Notes: generated by a model from the sequence alone, not told the origin. Shown: positions 1 to 9,932, counted from the stretch's first letter. The stretch: 27,469 bases of DNA from Planctomycetota bacterium (GCA_044353645.1 JBILBP010000001.1:1-27469), one strand, 5' to 3'. Translations and numbers: made by a program.

Positions 1-2
1 GG

Positions 3-1832
3 GCGCTCAATTATCTGATCTGGACGTTGATCGATCTGGGCGCGCTGTTGGTCGCCAACGGCCTGACCGCCGCCATCCTGCAAGTGCCGCCGATGTGGTC
101 GTCGTGGATCACCCTGGTGGTGATGCTCGCGGCGCGCCTGGCGGTGTTCTGGTCGTATGGCGTGTACCGCGCCATGGTGCGTTTCACCGGCACGCATGCG
201 CTGGTGGTCTTGGCCCTCGGCATCGTGCTCGGCACCGGCGCGGCCATGGGCTTCGATTCGCTGGCGGGCAACCATCAGTACGGGCCGGCTTTCCTCGCCT
301 TGGAGGCGATCCTCGCCTTGTTCCTCTGCGGGGGCATCCGCCTCGGCACGCGGCTCGCGCTCGAATGGAGCCCCAATCGCGCCAAGCAGCGCGTGCTGAT
401 TTTTGGCGCCGGTTCGTTGGGCGAGCTGGTGCATCGCGAGATGACCCGCCTGGGGACTTTCCGCGTCGTCGGTTTCCTCGATGACGATCCGGGTCTGCTG
501 GGCGCGGGGATCCACGGCGTGCCGGTCTACGGCGGGCGGGCGAGCCTTGCTGAGGTCGTCGCGCGCACCAAGCCCGATCTGCTGGTGGTGGGCATCCTGC
601 ATCTGCCGCCGGCGTCGGTGCGCGATCTCTTTTCGGCGTGCATGGACCTCAAGCTGCGGGTGATGATCGCCAAGGGCTTCAGTTCCGCGTTCAGCCAGGA
701 TTTCCATCCCGAGCTGCGCAACCTCGCGCTCGAAGACTTGCTCTCGCGGCCCTCGCGCAATCTCGATCCCGAGCCGGTGCGCCGTGCCCTGCATGGCAAG
801 CGCGTGCTGATCACCGGCGCCGGCGGTTCGATCGGCAGCGAGCTCTGCCATCAGATCGCCGCCATGCACCCGGCGACGCTGGTGTTCCTCGACCATTCCG
901 AGTTCAATCTCTACGCCATCGACCTCGCCATCCGCGAGAAGTTTCCCTACCTCAAGGTCGAGGCGGTGCTCGACAACCTGCAGTCGCCGGCCAATCTGCA
1001 GCGCATCTTCGCCCGCCATACGCCGCAGGTGGTGTTCCACGCCGCGGCTTACAAGCACGTGCCGCTGGTCGAGGACAACCCCGCGCGCGGGGTGCTCAAC
1101 AACATCAACGGCTTCCGCAACCTGCTCACCGCCGCCGAGGCCAACAGCGTCGAGCGCCTGCTGCTGATCAGCACCGACAAGGCGGTGCGGCCGACCAATG
1201 TCATGGGCGCGACCAAGCGCGTCTGCGAGCTGCTGCTGCAGAACTTCCCGACGCGCACCACCAAGCTCTGCGCGGTGCGCTTCGGCAACGTCCTCGGTTC
1301 GAGCGGCAGCGTCATGCCGCGCTTTCTTGATCAGATCGCGCACGGCGGCCCGGTGACCGTCACCCATCCCGAGATCACGCGCTTTTTCATGCTCATCCCC
1401 GAGGCCGTCTCGCTGGTGCTGCAGGCCGGCTCGATGGCGGATCACGGCGAGATCTTCATCCTCGACATGGGCGAGCCGGTGAAGATCGCCGATATGGCAA
1501 GGCAGCTGATCTTCATGACCGGCCATCGTCCGGACGAAGACATCAAGATCAGCTTCACTGGCCTGCGCCCGGGCGAGAAGCTCTACGAGGAGCTGATCAT
1601 CGACGACCAGGAAGGCGGCACCAACGTCGACGGCATCCTCATCGCGAAGCCGACGCCGATCCCTTATGACCAGCTCAAGAGCCGCGTCGATCAGCTGATC
1701 CTCGCCTGCCATGACGGCGATCGCCATCAGGTGGCCCTGGCGCTGAAGACCCTGGTTCCGGAGTGGACGCCAGGTGAGCGGTTTACGCGTGCGATGGTGG
1801 CCCCGGCGGGGGGTATCGCGGTGGAGGGTTGA
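3..1832 (+). CDS. Membrane-anchored nucleoside-diphosphate sugar 4,6-dehydratase, CapD/PglF/WbpM family (5'-partial)
   Basis: The frame is open from the window edge (codons from nt 3 read ALNYLIWTLIDL), so the TTG at 27 is probably not the true start. It has N-terminal hydrophobic helices, a first Rossmann-like domain (IFGAGSLG...GFLDDD), then GAGGSIGSEL, HAAAYKHVP, STDKAVRPTNVMGATK, VRFGNVLGSSGSV and GLRPGEKLYEEL, all diagnostic of this family. Confidence 0.93.
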   Translation, partial: ALNYLIWTLIDLGALLVANGLTAAILQVPPMWSSWITLVVMLAARLAVFWSYGVYRAMVRFTGTHALVVLALGIVLGTGAAMGFDSLAGNHQYGPAFLALEAILALFLCGGIRLGTRLALEWSPNRAKQRVLIFGAGSLGELVHREMTRLGTFRVVGFLDDDPGLLGAGIHGVPVYGGRASLAEVVARTKPDLLVVGILHLPPASVRDLFSACMDLKLRVMIAKGFSSAFSQDFHPELRNLALEDLLSRPSRNLDPEPVRRALHGKRVLITGAGGSIGSELCHQIAAMHPATLVFLDHSEFNLYAIDLAIREKFPYLKVEAVLDNLQSPANLQRIFARHTPQVVFHAAAYKHVPLVEDNPARGVLNNINGFRNLLTAAEANSVERLLLISTDKAVRPTNVMGATKRVCELLLQNFPTRTTKLCAVRFGNVLGSSGSVMPRFLDQIAHGGPVTVTHPEITRFFMLIPEAVSLVLQAGSMADHGEIFILDMGEPVKIADMARQLIFMTGHRPDEDIKISFTGLRPGEKLYEELIIDDQEGGTNVDGILIAKPTPIPYDQLKSRVDQLILACHDGDRHQVALALKTLVPEWTPGERFTRAMVAPAGGIAVEG

Positions 1833-1956
1833 TGGGGACAGAGGCCTCCTTGCAGTCAGGTCGATAGGGGCGCGATGGACGAAGGGGTGTCCGTCACGAC
1901 GCTTGGTTGCCAATAGCGGTAATGCATGTTCCAGAAAACGAATTCAGGGCTTAGGC

Positions 1957-3339
1957 TTGATCTCCATTCATAACAAAATCCGAACCTTGATTCTCAGCCC
2001 GATTGCCTTGGCGGCGATGCTCGGGCGTCTGATTCAGGGACTGGGATGGGTGGCAGTCATTCCCTTGTTGGCAACGCATCTGAGTGCGGCGGAGCTCGGA
2101 TTCTATTATACGTTTGGGAGTCTCGCTGCGCTCCAGGTATTTGTGGAATTAGGACTGACCGGGGTGGTGGTTCAATCCTTGGCGCACGAAGTTGCCCATT
2201 TGCATTTCGGTAAATCGGGTGCCGTCTGGCTTTGGGAAGGACCGTTTGGTCACAAGTCGCGGATGATGGCAATACTTCATTTTGTGCAGTGGTGGTTCGG
2301 AATTGCCGGTTCGGTGGCGATCATTGCCCTGGGCGCGGGTGGCCTCTGGTTCATGCATACGGTTGAGCGGGAGCATGTGACGGGAGTCGAATGGCTGCAT
2401 CCGTGGTTGGCGATGGCAGTCCTTAGCGGCGGGGTCGTATGGTCGGCTGGGGTGATGTCGGTTCTTGAGGGCATGGGCAGGATTGGTCAAGTGACGATGA
2501 TTCGATTGATCGCCGCCATGATTGGGTTGTTGGCGCTTTCCGTTTCATTGCTGCTGGGGGCTGGACTGTGGTCGGCGGTCATTGGCCAAGGGTCGGTCAT
2601 GTTGGTCGGCTTGGTAACAGGCCTGTGCTATTTGTGGAGGCCTTGGCAAGCCATGCGGGGCACAGCCCGCGACCCTGCCTATCGCTGGCGTACGGAGATA
2701 TGGCCCTTTCAATGGCGAATCGCGCTTTCGTGGATGTGCGGCTGGTTGATTTTCCAGGCTATGACACCGGCCATGTTGAGGGTCTCCGGGGCAGAGGCGG
2801 CCGGCAGGTTCGGTGTCGCTCTGCAGATCGCTAATGGGATCCAGACCATAGCTTTGGTGTGGGTCCAGTTGCGAGTGCCGACATGGGGCATGATGGTTGC
2901 ACATGCTGATTGGACCTCGCTCGATCGGGATTTCTGGAAGACGGTTTTCATTTCCATCGCCTGCAGTGTGATCGGAGTTTTTTTACTGGCTATCTGCATC
3001 GTTTATCAGCAGAAGCATCATCTTGATTTTACGTCTCGGGTTCCACCGCTACTCACGCTGATCCCGTTGTTGGGTGTGGCGGTAGTCAATCAGTGGATAT
3101 TCGCTACCGCTGCGTACTTACGCGCACATAAACGAGAGCCATTTCTGATTGTATCAATTTTGGCGGCCGCATGCATGTTGCTTGCCATGCAGATTCCGTG
3201 GCTTGTTCGCGAGTCGACCTTGGCCTGGGTTTACGCAGCGGTATCGGTAGGCTTAGGGGGGATTTGGGGGACTTTGATCTGGTATCGTTGCCGAGGTTCC
3301 TGGCATGTATGCCCTGACTCCAAGTCGCCTGAGCCTTAG
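1957..3339 (+). CDS. wzx: O-unit/polysaccharide flippase (Wzx-like, MOP superfamily)
   Basis: About 460 aa with many hydrophobic segments. It has flippase-type motifs (ELGFYYTFGSLAALQVFVELGLTGVVVQSLAHE; WPFQWRIALSWMCG; AAYLRAHKREPF) and heads a glycosyltransferase cassette. The start is uncertain: the GTG at 1774 overlaps the upstream gene and adds a hydrophilic leader, so TTG 1957 or ATG 2017 is more likely. Confidence 0.82.
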   Translation: MISIHNKIRTLILSPIALAAMLGRLIQGLGWVAVIPLLATHLSAAELGFYYTFGSLAALQVFVELGLTGVVVQSLAHEVAHLHFGKSGAVWLWEGPFGHKSRMMAILHFVQWWFGIAGSVAIIALGAGGLWFMHTVEREHVTGVEWLHPWLAMAVLSGGVVWSAGVMSVLEGMGRIGQVTMIRLIAAMIGLLALSVSLLLGAGLWSAVIGQGSVMLVGLVTGLCYLWRPWQAMRGTARDPAYRWRTEIWPFQWRIALSWMCGWLIFQAMTPAMLRVSGAEAAGRFGVALQIANGIQTIALVWVQLRVPTWGMMVAHADWTSLDRDFWKTVFISIACSVIGVFLLAICIVYQQKHHLDFTSRVPPLLTLIPLLGVAVVNQWIFATAAYLRAHKREPFLIVSILAAACMLLAMQIPWLVRESTLAWVYAAVSVGLGGIWGTLIWYRCRGSWHVCPDSKSPEP

Positions 3340-3404
3340 AATCCCGACTTTGCCCATGGCATTGCAACGATTCTCTCAATAATAGCCACGGAAAATGAAT
3401 CAGC

Positions 3405-5012
3405 ATGAAGCTTAGTATTCTCATCCCGACGCGCAATCGAGCGCGGTATCTGGCAAAGCTGTTGTCATCGGTTGCAATGGTCTCAGGCGACTTCGAATTC
3501 GTAATCTGCGACAATGCCTCCGTCGATCTGACGGCGAAAGTGTGCGAGTATTACGCTCAAAAATTTAATATACGTTATCAATATTTCCGTGACCTGGTGC
3601 CGGCAGGTGAGAATATATTGCGTGGAATGGCAATGGTCCAAGGCGATCACGTATGGATCATGGGTGATGATGATTTCATAAACCCGGAATTCCTCAGTGA
3701 ATATCTGGTCAGCCGGATCTGCCGCTGCGTGATCATGCCGCTTGCTGCCGACAAGCATTTGCAGCTTCAGGCCGATTGTGCGGATCAGGATCGATCCTCC
3801 GCACCGCTTTTGCCGCAAGTGCGCTTCGAATCGGCGTCAGCGGGTGCTGTATTCGAGAAGCTCGGGACCTGGATCACCTATCTGGGTGCGTTTATCTACG
3901 ATCGCCGGGAGCTCCTTGCCGGGTTGGAGGTGCATCTTGCTCCGGGAAAAATCCATGAGCTTTCCTTTGCTTATTTGAATATCGATATCATCAGTGAAGC
4001 ACCTTCGCTTCAGATGGTCTCCAATGCGATCGTTTACCGTGGCGACAACAGCGGTGGCTATTCCATGTTTGCAACGTGGGTTGGTCGCTTCTTCGACCTT
4101 TTGGAATATGCCCAAAGCAAGAAGATACCGGCGGTCGTCGTTGACCGTGTCAGGGTGGAGCACGAACAGAGATTTTTGCCGGCGATGGCAGTGAGCAGGC
4201 ATCTGGGTAGGGCTTTTTGTGAAGAATGCAGGATCGGGGCATTATGGTCTTCACCGCTGCGCGTGAAGACCAGGATCTGCTTGTGGGGCATCGCATTCGT
4301 CATGCGCATAATGCGGGTCGATCTCTCGCTCATGTGGGCAAGTGCTATCCGTTTGCGGCAACTATTGGCCAGTGACGGCCTGCTGGGGGCTGTGAGCTTG
4401 ACGTTTAAACATCTTTCTGCTGTCGGACGCGCATTCAGCCTGCGGTTGGCAGGTCTGCGATTGGCTTCGATTGGCGTCGAGTTCCGTATAAAGGGAAGGC
4501 GGCATATCCGCATCGGTAAATCATCGTCATTCGGTAGGCGCGTATGGCTTGAAGCAATAGCCAATCATCGTCGCAGCATCTATTCGCCCAAGATCAGCAT
4601 CGGAAGCGGGGTTTCTTTCAACGACGATGTCCATGTCGCGGCTGCAAGTGCCGTGAGTATCGGCGATGACTGCCTGTTGGGTTCGCGAATCATCGTGACC
4701 GACCACAACCATGGATCATACAGCCCAGTGCATGAATCCGATCCGCTGTCTCCCCCTTCAGAAAGAGCCTTGGTCGCTACTCCGGTGCACATCGGCGCGC
4801 GCACGTGGATCGGTGATGGGGTGGTCATCCTGCCCGGTACCATTATCGGCAGCGGCTCGGTGATCGGGGCGAACTCCGTGGTGAGGGGTCATTTTCCCGA
4901 AAATTCAGTGATCGTCGGCAGCCCGGCGAAGATGGTGAAAAGATACAGCTTCTTGACAGCGACATGGATGGCATCGGCAGGATTTCAGGATTTGAAGTGG
5001 GATGATCAATGA
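3405..5012 (+). CDS. Fusion: GT2 glycosyltransferase (RfbV/abequosyltransferase-like) plus C-terminal hexapeptide-repeat (LbH) O-acetyltransferase (WbbJ-like)
   Basis: The N-terminus is a GT-A fold (SILIPTRNR, ICDNAS, WIMGDDD). From about aa 300 it shows LbH acetyltransferase motifs (NDDVHVAAASAVSIGDDCLLGSRIIVTDHNHG, IGARTWIGDGVVILPGTIIGSGSVIGANSVV, GSPAK). There is no stop codon between the two parts. Confidence 0.85.
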   Translation: MKLSILIPTRNRARYLAKLLSSVAMVSGDFEFVICDNASVDLTAKVCEYYAQKFNIRYQYFRDLVPAGENILRGMAMVQGDHVWIMGDDDFINPEFLSEYLVSRICRCVIMPLAADKHLQLQADCADQDRSSAPLLPQVRFESASAGAVFEKLGTWITYLGAFIYDRRELLAGLEVHLAPGKIHELSFAYLNIDIISEAPSLQMVSNAIVYRGDNSGGYSMFATWVGRFFDLLEYAQSKKIPAVVVDRVRVEHEQRFLPAMAVSRHLGRAFCEECRIGALWSSPLRVKTRICLWGIAFVMRIMRVDLSLMWASAIRLRQLLASDGLLGAVSLTFKHLSAVGRAFSLRLAGLRLASIGVEFRIKGRRHIRIGKSSSFGRRVWLEAIANHRRSIYSPKISIGSGVSFNDDVHVAAASAVSIGDDCLLGSRIIVTDHNHGSYSPVHESDPLSPPSERALVATPVHIGARTWIGDGVVILPGTIIGSGSVIGANSVVRGHFPENSVIVGSPAKMVKRYSFLTATWMASAGFQDLKWDDQ

Positions 5013-6067
5013 TGATCGAACGTACTGCTTTGGCTCCTCTCACGATTACGGTGGCGATTCCGGCATATAATCGGGCTGCGGTACTGCCTGAATTGCTGGA
5101 TAGCATACTGGCGCAAGACAGCATTCCGGACGAGATCATCATCTGCGAAGACATGTCGCGTGAGCGAACGGCTATCCGTGAGGTCTGTGATCAGTACCGG
5201 AGCCTATTCGAGGCCCGGGGAATGCGGTTTTCACTATTCGAAAACGCGGAGAATTTCGGTTACGACAAGAATGTCAGAGAGGTGATCTCCCGTTCCAGTT
5301 GTGAATATGTCATTCTAATGGGCAATGATGACCGCATGTTCTCGAACTGCATTCAGCATGTGCGCGCGGCTTTGCTGGAATATCCGACGGAAGCACGCCC
5401 GGGTTTTGTGGGCAGGGCATATGCGAAATTCGATGAAAGAGGCAGGCGCAAGGGCCTGACGCGAATATGCAAGAATAATAGATTCCATTTGCCCGGAGCT
5501 GCCGAGGCCGGGACGATTTTTTCTTATTGTGCATTCGTAAGTGGTATCGTCTTCAATGTCGAGCGCGCCAAGGCCGCGCAGACTGCTATTTTCGACGGCA
5601 GTCTCTACTATCAGTACTATTTAGCGCTCTCCCTATCGAGAGTCAGTTCGGTGCTTTATCTTTCGACCCCGATCATCGAGGGGAGGATGAATAACCCCCC
5701 GGATTTTGGTAATGCCAATAATGAGAAGAAGATTTTCACGCCCGGTGGTTATGCAGCGACGGCGAGGATCGCGATGTGGTCGGGACTACTGACTATCACC
5801 AGGCACGTGTGCAGATCGTTGGCTGGGGACCAGGAAAAAAGCCTCCGACGAATGCTGGATAATCGATATTTCTTCCATATTGCCGAGATGGTCTCATTGC
5901 GTGGGCGTGGTGAATTGATCACGCTTTTCAGAGGTTTTTTCGGGCTTGGGCTCATGCGTACGCCTCTGTCTCTGGTGATCTTTTCCTTCGCGATAGTTTT
6001 CGGGAGAATGTCGAGGGTGGCATTTTCGGCTACGCGTTCGATCGCCAGTAATTTTTCGGGGTTTTAG
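5009..6067 (+). CDS. Glycosyltransferase family 2
   Basis: Motifs VAIPAYNR, IIICED, NFGYDKN, ILMGNDD. The start overlaps the upstream stop (ATGATG at 5009-5014). Sugar specificity cannot be determined. Confidence 0.88.
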   Translation: MMIERTALAPLTITVAIPAYNRAAVLPELLDSILAQDSIPDEIIICEDMSRERTAIREVCDQYRSLFEARGMRFSLFENAENFGYDKNVREVISRSSCEYVILMGNDDRMFSNCIQHVRAALLEYPTEARPGFVGRAYAKFDERGRRKGLTRICKNNRFHLPGAAEAGTIFSYCAFVSGIVFNVERAKAAQTAIFDGSLYYQYYLALSLSRVSSVLYLSTPIIEGRMNNPPDFGNANNEKKIFTPGGYAATARIAMWSGLLTITRHVCRSLAGDQEKSLRRMLDNRYFFHIAEMVSLRGRGELITLFRGFFGLGLMRTPLSLVIFSFAIVFGRMSRVAFSATRSIASNFSGF

Positions 6068-6161
6068 GATGTCTCTGGAGATCAATGCTCTTCGCGGTGA
6101 TTCTTCTCGACGTCACTTCGTCGGGGTATTGGCCGTCACTTCCAGTCAGACGTGGTGGTAG

Positions 6162-7289
6162 ATGCGCATCGCTATCGTGCATGAATGGTTCACTCAATGG
6201 TCCGGCTCGGAACAGGTGCTCGAGCAGATGCTGGCCTGTTTTCCGGAAGCAGATCTTTTTGCCGTTACCAGCAGTCCTGATCGGCAGGGAGCGCAGGTTC
6301 TAGGTGAGAGGAGGATCCGCACGTCATTTGTGCAGAAGTTGCCATTCGGACGCCGATTACCTCAGTTGTGGCTGCCAATTCTCCCATTGGCCATTGAACA
6401 ACTCGATCTTCGAGGCTATGATCTGGTCATTTCGAATAGTCATTGTGTGGCCAAGGGTGTCATCTGCAGCCCGTACACCCGTCATCTAGCCTATGTCCAT
6501 TCACCGATGCGCTATGCCTGGGATTTGCGCCAGGAATATGCCGCCAAATTGCCCTTCGTGGTTCGGTCGATATGGAACTATGCAATGCATCGATTGCGGT
6601 CTTGGGATGCGCTTTCTGCGATGCGTCCTGATGCCTTGGCTTGCAATAGCCATTATATCGCCTCGCGAATCCGTCATGCCTGGAATCGCCCATCCACGGT
6701 CATCTACCCGCCGGTCGATGTCGCGTCCTTCTCCCCCGGTGGGGGTGAGCGGGACGATGTTTATATTTCGGTTTCGCGGATGGTTCCCTATAAGCGTATG
6801 GTGGTCATCGCCCGTGCCTTCTCGCGGATGCCCAAGCGGACCCTCCACATGATTGGTACCGGCAGTGAGTATCGCGAGATCCAGGAGATCGCTGCCAAGC
6901 ACAAGAACATTCGATTGCTGGGGCATGTCTCGCGTGCGGATCTGATCTACCGGCTCGGTCGGGCGCGGGCATTCATATTCGCCGCCGAAGAGGATTTCGG
7001 TATTGCTCCGGTCGAAGCCCAGGCATGTGGGACGCCGGTAATCGCCTTTGCCCGCGGAGGTGCCACCGAATCGGTCATACCGGGAGTGACCGGCTTGTTT
7101 TTCCATGAACAATCGGAGTCCGCTATCATTGAGGCGGTGGATGAATTTGAGCAAAGGGCATCATTCGATCCGGATGAATGCCGAAAAAATGCCGAGGCAT
7201 TTTCAATTGTGATGTTCAGGGAGCGATTCCTTGCCTGGGTTTCGGCGAATGCACCTCTATCGGAAGTCGCGCAGTCGCATCGGCGCTAG
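6162..7289 (+). CDS. Glycosyltransferase family 4, WbaZ-like (probable mannosyltransferase)
   Basis: RIAIVHEWF...GSEQVLE, YVHSPMRYAWD, SRMVPYKR and EEDFGIAPVEAQACGTPVIAF (GT-B E-x7-E motif). These match the WbaZ-type GT4 pattern. Confidence 0.9.
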   Translation: MRIAIVHEWFTQWSGSEQVLEQMLACFPEADLFAVTSSPDRQGAQVLGERRIRTSFVQKLPFGRRLPQLWLPILPLAIEQLDLRGYDLVISNSHCVAKGVICSPYTRHLAYVHSPMRYAWDLRQEYAAKLPFVVRSIWNYAMHRLRSWDALSAMRPDALACNSHYIASRIRHAWNRPSTVIYPPVDVASFSPGGGERDDVYISVSRMVPYKRMVVIARAFSRMPKRTLHMIGTGSEYREIQEIAAKHKNIRLLGHVSRADLIYRLGRARAFIFAAEEDFGIAPVEAQACGTPVIAFARGGATESVIPGVTGLFFHEQSESAIIEAVDEFEQRASFDPDECRKNAEAFSIVMFRERFLAWVSANAPLSEVAQSHRR

Positions 7290-7319
7290 GTCACCACTTA
7301 TTATGGATGTTTCCATTAA

Positions 7320-8747
7320 ATGAAAATGTCTGGTTCGGTATTGGCGCGCCTGTTACCACGGTCTGCTTCGGCTGGATTGCTTCTAACATCCGACTTATTG
7401 TCCACTTGCTTAGCAAACCGGTTCGCAGTGACGATGCGTGATTGGCTAGGCGGGGCGGTGGTCTTGCATGCGCATTTCGTTTTATGGCCATTTTTGATCA
7501 TATTTGCCGTGGTGTTTGCCTGGCAGCGTCTGTATCAGGTGGCGGGGCTTAATCCCGCCAATGAAATTCGTAGTGTCGTATGGAGCTCGAGTCTAGTGTT
7601 CCTGCTGGTCATGGGCGCGGCGTTCCTCGTCCAGTCGGAAAACCAGATATCTCGAGGCGCACTCGTGCTTGGTGCCGTGGGAACCATCTTGTTGGTGCTG
7701 TGTTCGCGCTACCTACTTCGGGGCTGGTTGTCGCGATATGACTGGTGGGGTGAACCTGTATTGGTATTGGGTGCGGGTTTGACCGGTCAATCTGTGGTGC
7801 GTCGATTGCGCGAAGCTCGTTATCTGGGGTGGCGGCCGGTGGCCATTTTGGATGACGACGTGCAGCATCACGGACGGGAGTATTCGGGAGTACCGGTATT
7901 GGGGTGCCTTGCGGACGCACCGATCCTCGCCGGTTCCATGCATCTGCGTAGTGTCATCGTGGCCATGCCCGGGGTGTCGATGGAGCGCCTGAGAATCCTT
8001 GAGCAGCAATGTTCGAAAGTTTTTCCTCAGGTGATAATTCTCCCGAGCTTTTGTGGTTATGCTTCTTTGTGGGTGCGTCCACAGGATCTCGGCGGCATCC
8101 TCGGACTGGAAGTGCAGCGTAATTTACTGAGGGTTTGGCCGCGCTTTGGTAAGCGTTTCTTCGATCTGTTCTGTTGTGTCTGGGGTCTATCGGTACTCAT
8201 CCCCTTGACCATCTTGATCGCCTTCCTGATCAAGGTCTCTTCACCCGGGCCGGTGTTCTACAGCCAAGAGCGCATCGGCCGCAATGGACGTTCTTTCAGA
8301 GCCTGGAAATTTAGATCGATGGTTAAGGATGCTGACACCGTGCTGCAGCATTATTTTCATGCCCATCCCGAATTGCGTGCGGAATGGGAGCGCGATCATA
8401 AATTGCGTGATGATCCACGGGTGACCTTCATCGGTGGCTTTCTGCGCAAAACGAGTTTGGATGAGTTGCCGCAGGTATGGAATGTCTTCCGTGGGGATAT
8501 GAGCTTGGTCGGGCCAAGGCCGATTGTTCATGCGGAAATTGCCAAATATCACGATCTATTTGATCTGTATGTCCATGTCCGTCCGGGAATAAGTGGTCTT
8601 TGGCAGGTTTCTGGGCGTAATGATACGACTTATGATGAACGGGTGATGCTCGATGTCTCCTATGTGCGCAACTGGTCGATCTGGTTGGACGCGTGGATTC
8701 TCATACGTACGATTCGGGTGGTCATCTTGGGTAGGGGGGCGTATTGA
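7320..8747 (+). CDS. wbaP: Undecaprenyl-phosphate hexose-1-phosphate transferase (WbaP-like initiating enzyme)
   Basis: N-terminal TM helices and a central Rossmann-like segment (LVLGAGLTG...LDDD). The C-terminal phosphoglycosyl transferase domain has [40 protein letters not shown] and [13 protein letters not shown]. Gal versus Glc specificity is not provable from sequence. Confidence 0.9.
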   Translation: MKMSGSVLARLLPRSASAGLLLTSDLLSTCLANRFAVTMRDWLGGAVVLHAHFVLWPFLIIFAVVFAWQRLYQVAGLNPANEIRSVVWSSSLVFLLVMGAAFLVQSENQISRGALVLGAVGTILLVLCSRYLLRGWLSRYDWWGEPVLVLGAGLTGQSVVRRLREARYLGWRPVAILDDDVQHHGREYSGVPVLGCLADAPILAGSMHLRSVIVAMPGVSMERLRILEQQCSKVFPQVIILPSFCGYASLWVRPQDLGGILGLEVQRNLLRVWPRFGKRFFDLFCCVWGLSVLIPLTILIAFLIKVSSPGPVFYSQERIGRNGRSFRAWKFRSMVKDADTVLQHYFHAHPELRAEWERDHKLRDDPRVTFIGGFLRKTSLDELPQVWNVFRGDMSLVGPRPIVHAEIAKYHDLFDLYVHVRPGISGLWQVSGRNDTTYDERVMLDVSYVRNWSIWLDAWILIRTIRVVILGRGAY

Positions 8748-8903
8748 AGCGAAACTTGCACCAGATGCTCAGGCATGAACGCTCGCTCCAAGATCGCTTG
8801 GAATTTCAGTCTTTCGAATACTGCCGAGATGGAGACGGCTCCTCCGGTTGAGTGACGACAGGGTTATGATGCTGGCCGCTCAACCTTGCTGCTCAATCAA
8901 ACT

Positions 8904-8941
8904 CCGCTTAGGGCTGACGACCTCCGGCGTCAGCCTGGCGG
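8904..8941. other. GC-rich inverted repeat/hairpin in the wbaP-rfbF spacer
   Basis: GGCTGACG (8912-8919) pairs perfectly with CGTCAGCC (8928-8935), and the stem is extended by CCGC (8904-8907)/GCGG (8938-8941). There is no plus-strand T-tract, so its function is unknown. Confidence 0.5.
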
Positions 8942-9158
8942 AACGTATCTATCTGACCGCCACCCCTTGCGTCCTCTGCGTCTCGTCGATTTTTTCGAGT
9001 GGCCTTCTCCGCCACGGAGGGTCGTAGGGTTGCAAAGTCGCTGTTGGAGCCCACGCAAAATGGTCTCATACACTTTCCCTCGTGGCCCTTGGTAACAGTC
9101 GATGAGTGGCCAAGCCTCCTTGTCCATCATCCATCCCCGCCTAACCTTCTTCGCACCT

Positions 9159-9932
9159 ATGAAAGCAGTCATCCTCGCCGGCGGTATGGGCACGCGGATC
9201 AGCGAAGAATCGTCCGTGCGTCCCAAGCCGATGATCGAAATCGGGGGGAAGCCGATCCTTTGGCACATCTTGAAGGGATACGGACAGCATGGCATTACCG
9301 ATTTCATCATTTGCTGCGGCTATAAGGGCTACGTCATCAAGGAGTACTTCGCCAACTACTTCCTGCATATGTCCGATGTGACCTTTGATATGCAGCATAA
9401 TCAGATGGTAGTCCATCAGCGTCACGCTGAGCCGTGGCGGGTGACCTTGGTCGATACCGGTGAGCAGACCATGACCGGTGGGCGCATCCGTCGCATCCTG
9501 CCCTATGTTAAGGATGAGGAGGCATTCTGCCTGACCTACGGCGATGGGGTGGGCGATGTCGATATCTCCGCCCTGGTCGCCTTCCATCGGGCGCAGAAGA
9601 CCTTGTGCACGCTGACCGCGGTTCAGCCGCCGGGGCGTTTCGGGGCCTTGGCGATCGATCAGCATCAGCGCATCGTCTCCTTCCAAGAGAAGCCACAGGG
9701 CGATGGCAGCTGGATCAATGGCGGTTTCTTCGTCTGTTCTCCGCAGGTCATCGGGCGCATTGCCGGGGATGGCACTATCTGGGAGCGCGAACCGATGGAA
9801 TCACTGGCGCGTGACGGACAGATGAGCGCCTTCCACCATCGGGGGTTCTGGCAGCCCATGGACACCCTGCGCGACAAGCTGTTGCTCGAGGACTTGTGGG
9901 CCAAGGACCAGGCTCCTTGGAAGGTCTGGTAA
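9159..9932 (+). CDS. rfbF: Glucose-1-phosphate cytidylyltransferase
   Basis: [75 protein letters not shown]. The start is placed at the ATG of MKAVIL (9159), not 9102. Confidence 0.97.
   Translation: MKAVILAGGMGTRISEESSVRPKPMIEIGGKPILWHILKGYGQHGITDFIICCGYKGYVIKEYFANYFLHMSDVTFDMQHNQMVVHQRHAEPWRVTLVDTGEQTMTGGRIRRILPYVKDEEAFCLTYGDGVGDVDISALVAFHRAQKTLCTLTAVQPPGRFGALAIDQHQRIVSFQEKPQGDGSWINGGFFVCSPQVIGRIAGDGTIWEREPMESLARDGQMSAFHHRGFWQPMDTLRDKLLLEDLWAKDQAPWKVW

Noticed and set aside
1774-1956. N-terminal extension of Wzx from GTG 1774
   Set aside because: It overlaps the upstream gene and encodes a hydrophilic, non-flippase-like sequence. It is probably an ORF-caller over-extension.
3078-3085. GGCGGTAG, the core of the RfaH ops/JUMPstart element
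   Set aside because: It sits deep inside the wzx coding sequence rather than in a leader, lacks the rest of the JUMPstart context, and a single 8-mer can arise by chance.
8886-9095. 69-aa TTG-start ORF in the wbaP-rfbF spacer, possibly a leader peptide
   Set aside because: It has a weak start, no RBS, no recognisable motif and no regulatory codon run, and it overlaps the hairpins.
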